DNA from: an uncultured delta proteobacterium
GTDB lineage: Bacteria > Myxococcota > Myxococcia > SLRQ01
NCBI GenBank assembly: GCA_963727485.1
Contig: CAVSGM010000003.1
Coordinates: forward strand, 384,001 to 448,000
Direction: 5' to 3'
Length of the DNA: 64,000 nucleotides
The position numbers and the translations under genes were made by a program. The notes beneath the pieces are model-generated. The model did no database searches. It saw nothing but the letters and a program-made list of their open reading frames with translations, and was not told the DNA's origin. Positions 1 to 8,724 of this stretch are shown piece by piece (positions within the stretch are counted from its first letter, which is position 1; each line of letters begins with the position of its first letter).

Positions 1-500
1 CGGAGCCGGTGAGGGTCACCGCGTGGCGCAGCCAGGCGCAGGCGCCCTGGTTGCAGGAGATCTCGCAGGGGCCCTCGTCCTCGCCGGTGGGCGCGGTGAG
101 GGTCACGTGCCACCGGCGCTTCTCGACCTCCTTGGGATCGAGATCGCCGGTGGTGTAGTAGCGGCGCCAGAAGCTGGTGGCGCGCTTGAGCATGAACGCC
201 GGGTCCCGGGTCTTGAGGAAGACCCGGAACACCACGTTGAGGTCGTGGTCGGCGGTGTAGCGGGCCAGGTCCTCGGCCTCGCGCTCGAGGCTGCCGGCGT
301 GGGCGCGCATGTAGGCGGTGAGGGTGCGGTTCCACAGGCCCATGGGGTACCAGCCGCTGGCGAGGATGAGCCCGCCGAGGGCCTCCCGGTCGCCTCCGGG
401 AGAGGCCGTCGACCACGGCCTGCCACGCCGCCTCGCCCTGGCGCTCCCGCGCGTAGTTGGACAGATGGACCAGCAACCCCCCTTTGACCTCTGCGCCCAT
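1..500 (-). CDS. DUF2378/TIGR02265-like myxobacterial protein; frameshift near 391-402; 3' end runs off the window
   Basis: ATG at 500 gives MGAEVKGGLLVHLSNYARERQGEAAWQAVV; a second frame continues DREALGGLILASGWYPMGLW...FMLKRATSFWRRYY with GC3-rich codons. The VKG...WYP pattern is recalled for this family. Not in the ORF track. Confidence 0.55.
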   Translation of the reverse strand, partial: MGAEVKGGLLVHLSNYARERQGEAAWQAVVDGLSRRRPGGPRRAHPRQRLVPHGPVEPHPHRLHARPRRQPRARGRGPGPLHRRPRPQRGVPGLPQDPGPGVHAQARHQLLAPLLHHRRSRSQGGREAPVARDPHRAHRRGRGPLRDLLQPGRLRLAAPRGDPHRL

Positions 501-540
501 CCTCCCGATTGGACCAGAGGCGGCGCCTGGGGGCAATGCG

Positions 541-1503
541 TCAGGGCACGAAGGGCGGATCCACCACCTCGGCGCCCACGCCCTCGACGTCGAGGCGGGT
601 GCCGGGCTCCCCGACCTCGTGGCGCAGGCGCGCGAGGGCGACGGTGATGCCCAGGGTCGGCGAGCGCAGGGCGCTGGTCACCTTGCCCACCCGCTTGCCG
701 TCGGGGCGGGTGACCGCGGTGCCCGGGGCCGGGGGCTCGGCGCCGTCGAGGAGCAGGCCCCGGACCAGCCAGTTCACGTGGCCGCGGCTGCGGACCCGGA
801 CCACGGTCTCCTGGCCCACGTAGCAGCCCTTGGTGGCGTGGAGGATGGGGCCCAGGCCCGCCTCCATGGGGAGGGTGTCGGCGGTGAGCTCGGCGCCCCA
901 GGCCGGGAGGCCCGCCTCCACCCGGAGGACCTCGCCGGCGGCGGGATCGCCCGGGGCGACGCCGGCGATGGCCAGGGCCGAGACGATGGCGTCGACGTCG
1001 GCGGGGGCGCAGAGGACGGTGGCGTCGGGGACGCCGTGGAGGCCGAGGCGGGCGACGATCACCGGGCGGCCGGCGAGGGTGCCCGGGCGGTGGGCGTGAT
1101 CGCCGTCGGGGAGCGGGGCGCCGAGGAGGCCGGCGATCTTCGCCGGCGCCTCCGGGCCGAGGACCGGGAGGGTCTGGCGATCGGTGAGGGCGAGCTCCAC
1201 GTCGTCGGCGATGACGTAGCCGTCGAGGGCCGCGAGGACGGTGTCGCCGAGCGACGCCGGCACCCCGAGGTGCACCGCCTCCTCGGCGACGAGCACCTCC
1301 ACCGGGGCCACCATCCGCCCCTTGTCGGTGAGGAGCACCGAGCGGTTGCCGGCGCCGGGGGCGACCCCGAGGACGACGTTGGAGAGCAGGGCGTGGAGGA
1401 AGCGCAGCCGGTCGGCGCCGGTGACGTCGATCCAGGCGAGCGACGTCGGCGGGAGGCAGACGAGGTGTTCGCGCGCGGCGCGCACGGTGGCGTCGGTGTC
1501 CAT
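541..1503 (-). CDS. ygfZ: YgfZ/GcvT-like folate-binding protein
   Basis: KGCYVGQE signature, VTGADRLRFLHALLSN, LRVEAGLP; ATG at 1503. Confidence 0.85.
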   Translation of the reverse strand: MDTDATVRAAREHLVCLPPTSLAWIDVTGADRLRFLHALLSNVVLGVAPGAGNRSVLLTDKGRMVAPVEVLVAEEAVHLGVPASLGDTVLAALDGYVIADDVELALTDRQTLPVLGPEAPAKIAGLLGAPLPDGDHAHRPGTLAGRPVIVARLGLHGVPDATVLCAPADVDAIVSALAIAGVAPGDPAAGEVLRVEAGLPAWGAELTADTLPMEAGLGPILHATKGCYVGQETVVRVRSRGHVNWLVRGLLLDGAEPPAPGTAVTRPDGKRVGKVTSALRSPTLGITVALARLRHEVGEPGTRLDVEGVGAEVVDPPFVP

Positions 1504-1773
1504 GGGCTTCGATTTAGAACAACGCGCGCCGCCCGGCCATGGGGCGCGTGTCAGGCGCCTGCGACAGGGGCGCGCGCGGCGCCTAGCACTGTGGGCCGCA
1601 GGGCGCAAGGGTCAGAACGATCCGGTGCGCCTCTCGCCCCCTTGGAATCATGCCGAAAGTGGGTTGACGCTTTGGATCCCCGTGTGATCTAAACACGCGT
1701 GCCATCGGCGAGCGCGGATCGCGATCGGGACCAGGTGGCGACAACACTCCATACCTTTTGTGGGGAGAACGAT

Positions 1774-2088
1774 ATGACCCAGGGTCAGTTCAAGAAGGAT
1801 TGGGCCGTCATGGTCCAGAAGCGGTTCGAGGGCGCCACCAAGAAGGAGGCCACCGGCCTCCTCGAGGACCTCGTCGGCTACATCGCCAAGAACAGCAAGA
1901 AGGCCGAGAAGGTGAACATCCCCGGCCTCGGCATCTTCACCGTGCGCAGCCGTCCGGCGCGCTGGGGCCGCAACCCCCAGACCGGTGAGAAGATCCGGAT
2001 CAAGGCGTCGAAGAAGATCGCCTTCCGTGCCGCCAAGGCCTTCAAGGAGGCCACCGGCACCGCGAAGAAGCCCGCCGCCGCCAAGTAG
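1774..2088 (+). CDS. HU/IHF-family DNA-binding protein
   Basis: IPGLGIF...RPARWGRNPQTGEKIRI..SKKIAFRAAKAFK motif; GGGGAG RBS before ATG 1774; Lys/Ala tail. Confidence 0.92.
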   Translation: MTQGQFKKDWAVMVQKRFEGATKKEATGLLEDLVGYIAKNSKKAEKVNIPGLGIFTVRSRPARWGRNPQTGEKIRIKASKKIAFRAAKAFKEATGTAKKPAAAK

Positions 2089-2113
2089 GGCGTCGGTCGC
2101 TTCGCGACTGCGA

Positions 2114-2152
2114 GAGGGGTCCCGGGTTCGCCCGCGGACCCCTTTCTTTTTT
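2114..2152 (+). terminator. Rho-independent terminator
   Basis: GGGGTCC-CGGG-TTCG-CCCG-C-GGACCCC hairpin followed by TTTCTTTTTT, just downstream of the HU gene. Confidence 0.85.
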
Positions 2153-2169
2153 CCGTCGCCGCCCTACCA

Positions 2170-3640
2170 ATGGACGCCATGGAGACACGCAGCTTCAAGC
2201 ACTTCGTTGGCGGCGAGTGGGTCGGCTCCGAGAAGACCCGCGACGTCGTCTACCCCTGGGACGGCTCGGTGGTGGGGACGGTGCAGCTCGCCGGCCCCGA
2301 GTCGGTGGAGCGGGCCATCGAGGCGGCGGTCCACGTGGCGGACGAGCTGGCGCGCACCCCGGCGCACCGGCGCGCCGCCTGGCTCGAGGGGATCGTCGAC
2401 GGGATCCGCGCGCGGCGCGACACGCTCGTCGACCTCATCATCCACGAGGGCGGCAAGCCCCGGCGCTTCGCCGAGGGCGAGGTGGCCCGGGCGATCCAGA
2501 CCTTCACCCTCGGCGTCGAGGCGGCGCGATCGCTGGGCGGCGAGGTGATCCCCATCGACGCCGTCCCCAGCGGCGAGGGGCGGATTGGGATCACCCGGCG
2601 CTTCCCCAAGGGGCCGGTGGCGGCGATCACGCCCTTCAACTTTCCCTTGAACCTGGTGGCCCACAAGGTGGCGCCGGCGCTCGCCGCCGGGTGCCCCCTG
2701 GTCCTCAAGCCCGCCGACGAGACCCCGCTCTCGAGCCTGGTGCTCGCCGAGATCGCCGAGGAGGCCGGCGTCCCGGCCGGGGCCTTCAACGTGATCCCCT
2801 GCGAGGTCGCCGACGCGGCGCCGCTCACCGAGGATCGGCGGATCCAGGTGCTCACCTTCACCGGCAGCGCCCGGGTGGGCTGGCAGCTCAAGCGCCAGGC
2901 GGGCAAGAAGCGGGTCCTCCTCGAGCTTGGGGGCAACGCCGCCGCCATCGTCCACGCCGACGCCGACCTCGACCACGCCGTCGAGCGCTGCGCCTACGGC
3001 GCCTTCGCCCACGCCGGGCAGGTGTGCATCTCGGTGCAGCGCGTCTACGTGCACCGCTCCGTCTATGAGCCCTTCGTCGACGCGCTCACGGCCGCGGCGA
3101 AGGACACCCCCGTCGGCGATCCCGACGACGGCGCCACGGTGTGCGGGCCGCTGCGGGCGGACCAGGACGCCGACCGCCTCGAGCGGTGGATCACCGAGGC
3201 CCGGGACGCCGGCGCCACCATCCGCTGCGGCGGCGAGCGCCACGGCCGGATCGACCCCCCCGACGGTGATCACCGGCGCCGACCCCAAGCTGCCCATCTC
3301 CTGCCAGGAGGCCTTCGGGCCGGTGGTGGTCGTCTACCCCTACGACGACCTCGACGCGGCGATTGCCGAGGTCAACGACTCGGACTACGGGCTCCAGGCG
3401 GGGATCTTCACCAACGACCTGGCCGCGACCTTCCGCGCCTTCGAGCGCCTCGCCGTCGGCGGGGTGATCCACAACGACGTGCCGACGTTCCGCGTGGACC
3501 ACATGCCCTACGGCGGGGTGAAGGACTCGGGGATGGGGCGCGAGGGCGTGCGCTACGCCATCGACGACCTCACCGAGCTCCGGGTGCTGGTGCTGAAGCC
3601 CCGGGCCAGGCCCGGGGCGGTCAGCGTGCTCAGGGGCTGA
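2170..3640 (+). CDS. NAD(P)-dependent aldehyde dehydrogenase; frameshift near 3250-3261
   Basis: ITPFNFP, FTGS, LELGGNA and GQVCIS (catalytic Cys); the C-terminal QEAFGPVV and PYGGVKDSG lie in another frame after GATC plus a C7 run. Confidence 0.9.
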
Positions 3641-4871
3641 CGTCGCCGGTGGCGTTGCCGGAGTAGGTGTTTCCCGCTTCCTGCAGGGCGCCCTTGGTGT
3701 CACCGGGGTTGGCCGGATGCAGGAACACGCCCCAGCCCGCGCTGTCGCGGACGGTGCTGCTGTTCATCACCAGGCGGCTGCCCGAGTCCACGCCGATGTT
3801 GGTGGGCTCCGAGCCGTCGCTGAGGACGGTGGGCCCGCCGCCGTAGGCGATCTCGGCGAAGCCCAGCTCGTTGGCGGTGGAGGCGGTGGCGAAGTTGATC
3901 CCCCGCCAGGAGCCCGCGGTCTCCACCACGCCGGTGATCACGATGGGGGCCGCGGCGGTGCCCACCGCGTGGAAGGAGCCATCCCCCACGGGGTTGCCGA
4001 TGTGGATCGCCGAGTCGCGCGCCATCGCGAGCTGGGCGCCGGCCTCCACCACCACGTTGCCCGAGATGCCGACGTCCCCGGTCACCTGGTAGGGCACGTC
4101 CAGGGCGTGGATCGTGAGGTCGTCACCCACCGGCCCGCCAACGATGCTCACATACGGGGCCGCGGTGTTGCCCGCGAAGGTGGACGCGCCGTCGGGGACG
4201 CCGAGCATCGCGGCCGGCAACACCATGGCGGCGCCGGCGTTGCCCTCAAACGTGTTTCCCGAGAAGGCGGGGATCTGCGGGGACTCGCCGGCCAGGGTGG
4301 TCACCTGGATGCCGGCGGCCGCGCCGTCCGTGAAGGTGGCGTTGGCGATCTTGAGGCGGCCGCTGAAGCTGATGCGCACGCTGGCCGGGTCCTCGTAGCC
4401 GACGCCCATGGAGCCACTCCCGGCGTCCGCCACCGTCACCCGGTTCAGCTCGTTCGCGGTCGACGCGGAGCCGAAGGCGATGCCCTTCCAGAACCCGGCG
4501 CTCTGCGTCTTGCCGCGGAAGACGATGGGCGCGGCGGCGCTCCCGACCGCGGAGAGCGACCCCTGGCCGGTGGCGTTGCCGACGATGAGGCAACCATCCC
4601 GCTGGAACTCGATGACCACCCCCGGATCCACCACCAGGTTGGCGCTGACGGCGAGGCAGCCGGAGACCTCGTAGTCCGGGACGGTCCCCGGGCGGAGGTC
4701 GGTGAGCGTGGTGTCGGTGTCGATGTTGGCGTCGATGAGCTGGGGGCCCGACGGAGTGCCGGGGCCACCGGGCCCGCAACCGGTGCTCCAGGCGCCGATC
4801 AGAATCGTGGCGCCGAGCCGGGCCACCTGCCTCAGACGCGCACGCACGTGTCCTGCGGATGAAAGCTTCAT
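3630..4871 (-). CDS. Secreted lipoprotein with an internally duplicated beta-helix-like region
   Basis: GGAGG RBS; signal ending WSTGC; two copies of A-VG-(S/T)-AAAPIV..G....AG.W.GI.F..ASTANEL. Confidence 0.7.
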   Translation of the reverse strand: MKLSSAGHVRARLRQVARLGATILIGAWSTGCGPGGPGTPSGPQLIDANIDTDTTLTDLRPGTVPDYEVSGCLAVSANLVVDPGVVIEFQRDGCLIVGNATGQGSLSAVGSAAAPIVFRGKTQSAGFWKGIAFGSASTANELNRVTVADAGSGSMGVGYEDPASVRISFSGRLKIANATFTDGAAAGIQVTTLAGESPQIPAFSGNTFEGNAGAAMVLPAAMLGVPDGASTFAGNTAAPYVSIVGGPVGDDLTIHALDVPYQVTGDVGISGNVVVEAGAQLAMARDSAIHIGNPVGDGSFHAVGTAAAPIVITGVVETAGSWRGINFATASTANELGFAEIAYGGGPTVLSDGSEPTNIGVDSGSRLVMNSSTVRDSAGWGVFLHPANPGDTKGALQEAGNTYSGNATGDVSP

Positions 4872-5026
4872 TGGTCCTCCCCAACGGGTGTAGGTGCACC
4901 TAGGCAGTGAGCACCCCACCCCCGGGGTGTCTCGCGACCACTGCCGAGGAGACGCTACCGGATAGGGCGCCCTGCTGCCAGCAAGCGGCGCCTCCATAGG
5001 ACCCCTACGCCAAGACCCGGGACCGG

Positions 5027-6139
5027 GTGCCGCGCGTCGCGCGATGGCACGGGCCGGTGCCTCGGCGTATCCTGGTCGAGATGCCCTGGCGTCCCCGAAA
5101 GCCCCTGCTCCTCGCCGGCGCGGCCCTCGACCAGCTCTTCGTCGCCGCCACCTTCAAGAGCCCCCGGGCCGTCCGCCGGGCCCTGGACCAGGTCACCGTG
5201 GAGAAGCTCGACCGCCTCGGCGAGCTCTACCGCGCCGCGGACACCGAGGGCCGGCTCTTCCCCGAGGTCGACACGCCCTGGCCCTCGACCACCCCGGTCC
5301 GCGACCTCGAGGGCGGCCAGGTCGTCGACCTCGCCTGGCCGAGCGCCTGGAAGCCCCTGCACCCGGACTACGGGCGGATCCTCGACGCGGTGCCCCAGAC
5401 CCGCACCGCCCACGCGAGGTGGCTCAAGCACCGCACGCCGGCGCCGGCGATCATCACCATCCACGGGTGGGGCGCCGGGCGCTTTGGCCTCGAGGAGCGC
5501 GCGTTTCGCGCCGAGTGGCTCTACCGCCGGGGCCTCGACGTGCTCCTGTTCACCCTCCCGTTCCACGCCCGGCGCGGGGCCGGGGGCCTGGCGATGCCGG
5601 CGTTCCCCTCGACGAACCCGGTGCGCACCAACGAGGGCCTCGCCCAGGCCATCGGCGATCTTCGCGGGTTGGTGCAGCTGTTGAAGGATCGCGGCGCGCC
5701 GTCGGTGGGGATCATGGGCATGAGCCTCGGGGGGTTCACCACCTCGCTGGCGGCGACGGTGATCCCGGACCTCGCCTACGCGATCCCGATGATCCCGGTG
5801 GCGTCGCTCGCGGGGCTGATGTGGCACAACGGCGACGGCACCGAGGCGCGCCGCGACGCCGAGCGCCAGGGGCTCACCAAGGACCGCTTCGTCGACGCCT
5901 TCGCCGCCACCGCGCCCACCGAGCGGGCGCCGAAGGTCGATCCCGACCGGGTGCTGGTGATCGCCGGGAAGCGCGACCGGGTGATCCCCGGCGAGCACGC
6001 CGAGCGCCTCAAGGGCCACTTCGACGCCCGGGAGGTGGTGCTCTTCCCAGGCTCGCACCTGATGCAGACCGGGCGCGACGTGGCCTTCGGGGCGGTCCTC
6101 GATCTCCTCGAGGAGCTGAAGGTCGTGCCGCGGGGCTGA
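5027..6139 (+). CDS. Alpha/beta hydrolase (start may be ATG 5081)
   Basis: IHGWG oxyanion region, GMSLGG nucleophile elbow, D-RVI and GSH catalytic candidates. Confidence 0.8.
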   Translation: MPRVARWHGPVPRRILVEMPWRPRKPLLLAGAALDQLFVAATFKSPRAVRRALDQVTVEKLDRLGELYRAADTEGRLFPEVDTPWPSTTPVRDLEGGQVVDLAWPSAWKPLHPDYGRILDAVPQTRTAHARWLKHRTPAPAIITIHGWGAGRFGLEERAFRAEWLYRRGLDVLLFTLPFHARRGAGGLAMPAFPSTNPVRTNEGLAQAIGDLRGLVQLLKDRGAPSVGIMGMSLGGFTTSLAATVIPDLAYAIPMIPVASLAGLMWHNGDGTEARRDAERQGLTKDRFVDAFAATAPTERAPKVDPDRVLVIAGKRDRVIPGEHAERLKGHFDAREVVLFPGSHLMQTGRDVAFGAVLDLLEELKVVPRG

Positions 6140-6341
6140 GCCGACCGGGCCCGCGCTCGCCGCCGGCGACGATCCCCGTGACATCGTAGAGGCACAGGGA
6201 GCACTGGTCGAGCACACCGGGTTCACCGGCGGTGCAGGCGGCGGCGTTGGTGAGGGTGAGGTCGAAGCTCTTCGCGGTCTCGTCGCCGTTGGCAAAGACG
6301 AGGTTGTTGAAGAGCTCGAAGGACTGGGCCCTCGGCGCGTC
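6140..6341 (-). pseudogene. Fragment of a coding sequence without its own start or nearby stop
   Basis: DAPRAQSFELFNNLVFANGDETAKSFDLTLTNAAAC...CSLCLYDVTG with GC3-rich codons; the coding signal switches to the plus strand abruptly at about 6342. Confidence 0.4.
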
Positions 6342-6761
6342 GTGCTCTACCCCGTGGCCTGTGTTGCTGGCGATGAGGTCGTACTCGCGGTGGAGGCCGG
6401 TCGGCTCACCTACAGCGGGGACGTCTCCACGCTCCATGGTTCCTTCGTTGCGTCTGACACGGTGGGCCTCAACGGCTCCTCGGTGACGCTCAAGTGGGTA
6501 ATGGGGGACGCCTTCAATCAGTACGCAACGACGGTGTATCTGCGCACCCACACCACAAGCGACCCGAACCCCGAGCTCAAGGGCGTGGCGACCCTCACCG
6601 GGAAGCTCTCCGGCGCCACCCTGAGCCTTCACGGCGTGGACACCTACACCGATGCGAGCACCGGCAAGGTCCTGGAGACCGACGACTGGCCGAGGCTGAA
6701 GCTGTTTCGGGTAACCGCGTGCCCGTTCACCGGGGCGCCGCCGTGGCCTCGGCATGGGTGA
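6342..6761 (+). pseudogene. 5'-truncated paralog of the downstream lipoprotein
   Basis: TLKWVMGDAFNQYAT vs TLTWKMSQAFEDQAT; TDASTGKVLET vs TDARTGNVLTT; RVTAC vs RLGAC. Lacks signal peptide and lipobox; lower GC. Confidence 0.55.
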
Positions 6762-7348
6762 CGTGGCGCGTGCACCGGCTCGCGGGCGTAGTCCTCGTCC
6801 TCGCCATCGCCTCCTGCGGCAGCGGCCCCACCGGCTTCGACGGCTTCTGGTGGGCGTCGTACCAGGACAACGGCGGCCGGGCCTTGTGGCTTGCCGCCGG
6901 CCAGGGCCGCAGCGGGCGCGTCTGGACCATGGCGGCCTTCCCCCTCGACTTCGCCCACACCGAGACCGTCGCCAACTGCCGGAACCAGTGGGCGCAGCAT
7001 GGCGCCGAGGTCACGTACACGGGCGCGCCCGACTTCATCGAGGCCCAAGGGGAGGTGGCCGAGTCCCGGCTCACCGTCTCCCAGGGCGTCGCTACCCTCA
7101 CCTGGAAGATGAGCCAGGCGTTCGAGGACCAGGCCACGCAGGCGTGGCTCGCCGACCACCCCTCGGCGGACCCCAGCCTGAAGGTGCACACCAAGCTGAG
7201 CGCCACCGGGCTGCTCCCGGACCCCAACACCCTGGACCTCCACCTCGAGGTCCTGGTCACCGACGCCCGCACCGGCAACGTGCTCACCACCGAGGCCTCC
7301 GACTGGCGGTTCCACCGCCTCGGGGCCTGTGCCCTCTCTCCCATGTGA
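6758..7348 (+). CDS. Hypothetical lipoprotein
   Basis: GTG start overlapping the upstream TGA (GTGA); hydrophobic signal LAGVVLVLAIAS-C. Confidence 0.7.
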   Translation: MTWRVHRLAGVVLVLAIASCGSGPTGFDGFWWASYQDNGGRALWLAAGQGRSGRVWTMAAFPLDFAHTETVANCRNQWAQHGAEVTYTGAPDFIEAQGEVAESRLTVSQGVATLTWKMSQAFEDQATQAWLADHPSADPSLKVHTKLSATGLLPDPNTLDLHLEVLVTDARTGNVLTTEASDWRFHRLGACALSPM

Positions 7349-7454
7349 GCGGGTATCCGGGCGACCCCGCGCCGGTGCCTCTCGCCCGCGTGTCCCGCGC
7401 CCGAGCGTGCCCTACCTTGAAGCCGATGGGGGGGCGCCGGGGACCGGGCCCGGC

Positions 7455-7483
7455 TTGACGCGGTGCATCATCCTGCCTAGCGT
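7455..7483 (+). promoter_or_regulatory. Sigma70-type promoter with an overlapping palindrome TGACGC-N3-GCATCA
   Basis: TTGACG-17 nt-TAGCGT, 64 nt before ATG 7548; 22/29 identical to the promoter at 14900. Confidence 0.7.
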
Positions 7484-7547
7484 ACCCGGCACCGCGATCG
7501 CCGATTGGGAGCGGTCAGCGCCAGCCACCAGACCAACGGAGGAACCA

Positions 7548-8702
7548 ATGGCCTACAAGGCAGACGCCTGGGTGCTCTACGCCGGCAAGTCGGACACCCC
7601 CGAGCGGGCGAAGCTCGTCCGGGAGACCATCGAGATCGACGCGCTGAAGGCGAACGAGGTCCTCGCCGAGCCCCTCTACGGGTGCTGGGAGGGGAACATG
7701 GGCCACGCCCTCGATCGCACGCCGGTCGACATCTGCAAGCAGCGCGGCGAGGAGAAGGTGGTCCTCGGCAACGCCGGGGTGGTGCGCATCAAGGAGGTGG
7801 GCAAGGACGTGAAGAACGTCGAGCCCGGCCAGCGCGCCATCATCTTCTGCAACGGCGAGGAGGACGAGTGGGGCTACCCCAAGAAGATCATGGGCTTCGA
7901 CGCGCCCGGGTCCATGGGGTGCCTCGCCACCAAGATGAAGATGACCGAGCGCCAGGTCATCCCCATCCCCGACGACACCAAGCACTCGCTGGCCCAGTGG
8001 GCGGCGTTCTCGCTTCGCTACGTCACCGCCTGGAGCAACTGGGAGCTCGCCCACGGGACCTTCCGGCTCCTGGTGAGCTGGGACGAGATGGCCTCGCCGC
8101 ATGTGTGGGGCTGGGGCGGCGGGGTGACGCTGGCCGAGCTCGACCTGGCGCGCCGCCACGGGTGCCGCACGGTGATGCTCTCGGGGAACGAGAAGCGCCT
8201 CCAGACCATCGCCAAGGTCGGGGTGACGCCCCTGAACCGCAAGCAGTGGGGGCCCCTGTCCTTCGACGAGGCGCGCTACAAGGCCGACCCCGAGTACAAG
8301 AAGGCGTACCGGGAGGCCGAGCAGGGCTTCCTCGAGGCGGTCACCGAGAAGACCAAGGGCCGGATGGTCCAGATCTTCGTCGACTACGTGGGTGGCCCGG
8401 TCTACCGGCCGACCCTCAAGGCGCTCTCCCGCGAGGGCATCATCACCACCGCCGGCTGGAAGGAGGGGATGAAGCTGTGGGACCTCCGGGCGGTGGAGTG
8501 CATCGAGCGCCACCAGCACATCCACACCCACTACGCCCGCTACCCCCAGGGGTGGAAGGCGGTGGCCTACGCCGAGGCCAACGGGTGGATGCCGCTGGTC
8601 GACGATTGGGTCTACGGCTTCGACGAGGTCCCCGAGCTCGCCGAGAACTACGACTGCGGGAAGGTCGACTGCTTCCCCACCTTCTCCATCAACGCCGAGT
8701 AG
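7548..8702 (+). CDS. Divergent crotonyl-CoA carboxylase/reductase-like MDR enzyme (384 aa)
   Basis: MDR fold cues (LGNAGVVRIKEVGKDVKNVEPG, VWGWGGG, FVDYVG); IMGFDAPG resembles Ccr IWGFETNFG and HTHYAR resembles GSHFAN; GGAGG RBS; ethylmalonyl-CoA pathway context. Confidence 0.7.
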   Translation: MAYKADAWVLYAGKSDTPERAKLVRETIEIDALKANEVLAEPLYGCWEGNMGHALDRTPVDICKQRGEEKVVLGNAGVVRIKEVGKDVKNVEPGQRAIIFCNGEEDEWGYPKKIMGFDAPGSMGCLATKMKMTERQVIPIPDDTKHSLAQWAAFSLRYVTAWSNWELAHGTFRLLVSWDEMASPHVWGWGGGVTLAELDLARRHGCRTVMLSGNEKRLQTIAKVGVTPLNRKQWGPLSFDEARYKADPEYKKAYREAEQGFLEAVTEKTKGRMVQIFVDYVGGPVYRPTLKALSREGIITTAGWKEGMKLWDLRAVECIERHQHIHTHYARYPQGWKAVAYAEANGWMPLVDDWVYGFDEVPELAENYDCGKVDCFPTFSINAE

Positions 8703-8724
8703 TCACGAGATTCCAGGAGACGTC

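Noticed and set aside
1664..1695. TTGACG promoter candidate before HU (similar ones at 54135 and 54197 before lipA)
   Set aside because: The -35 hexamers are good but there is no convincing -10 at 17-nt spacing, so they are not listed as features.
7548..8702. Ccr-like gene as a polyketide extender-unit supplier
   Set aside because: No PKS is nearby; the neighbours and the shared promoter point to primary assimilation.
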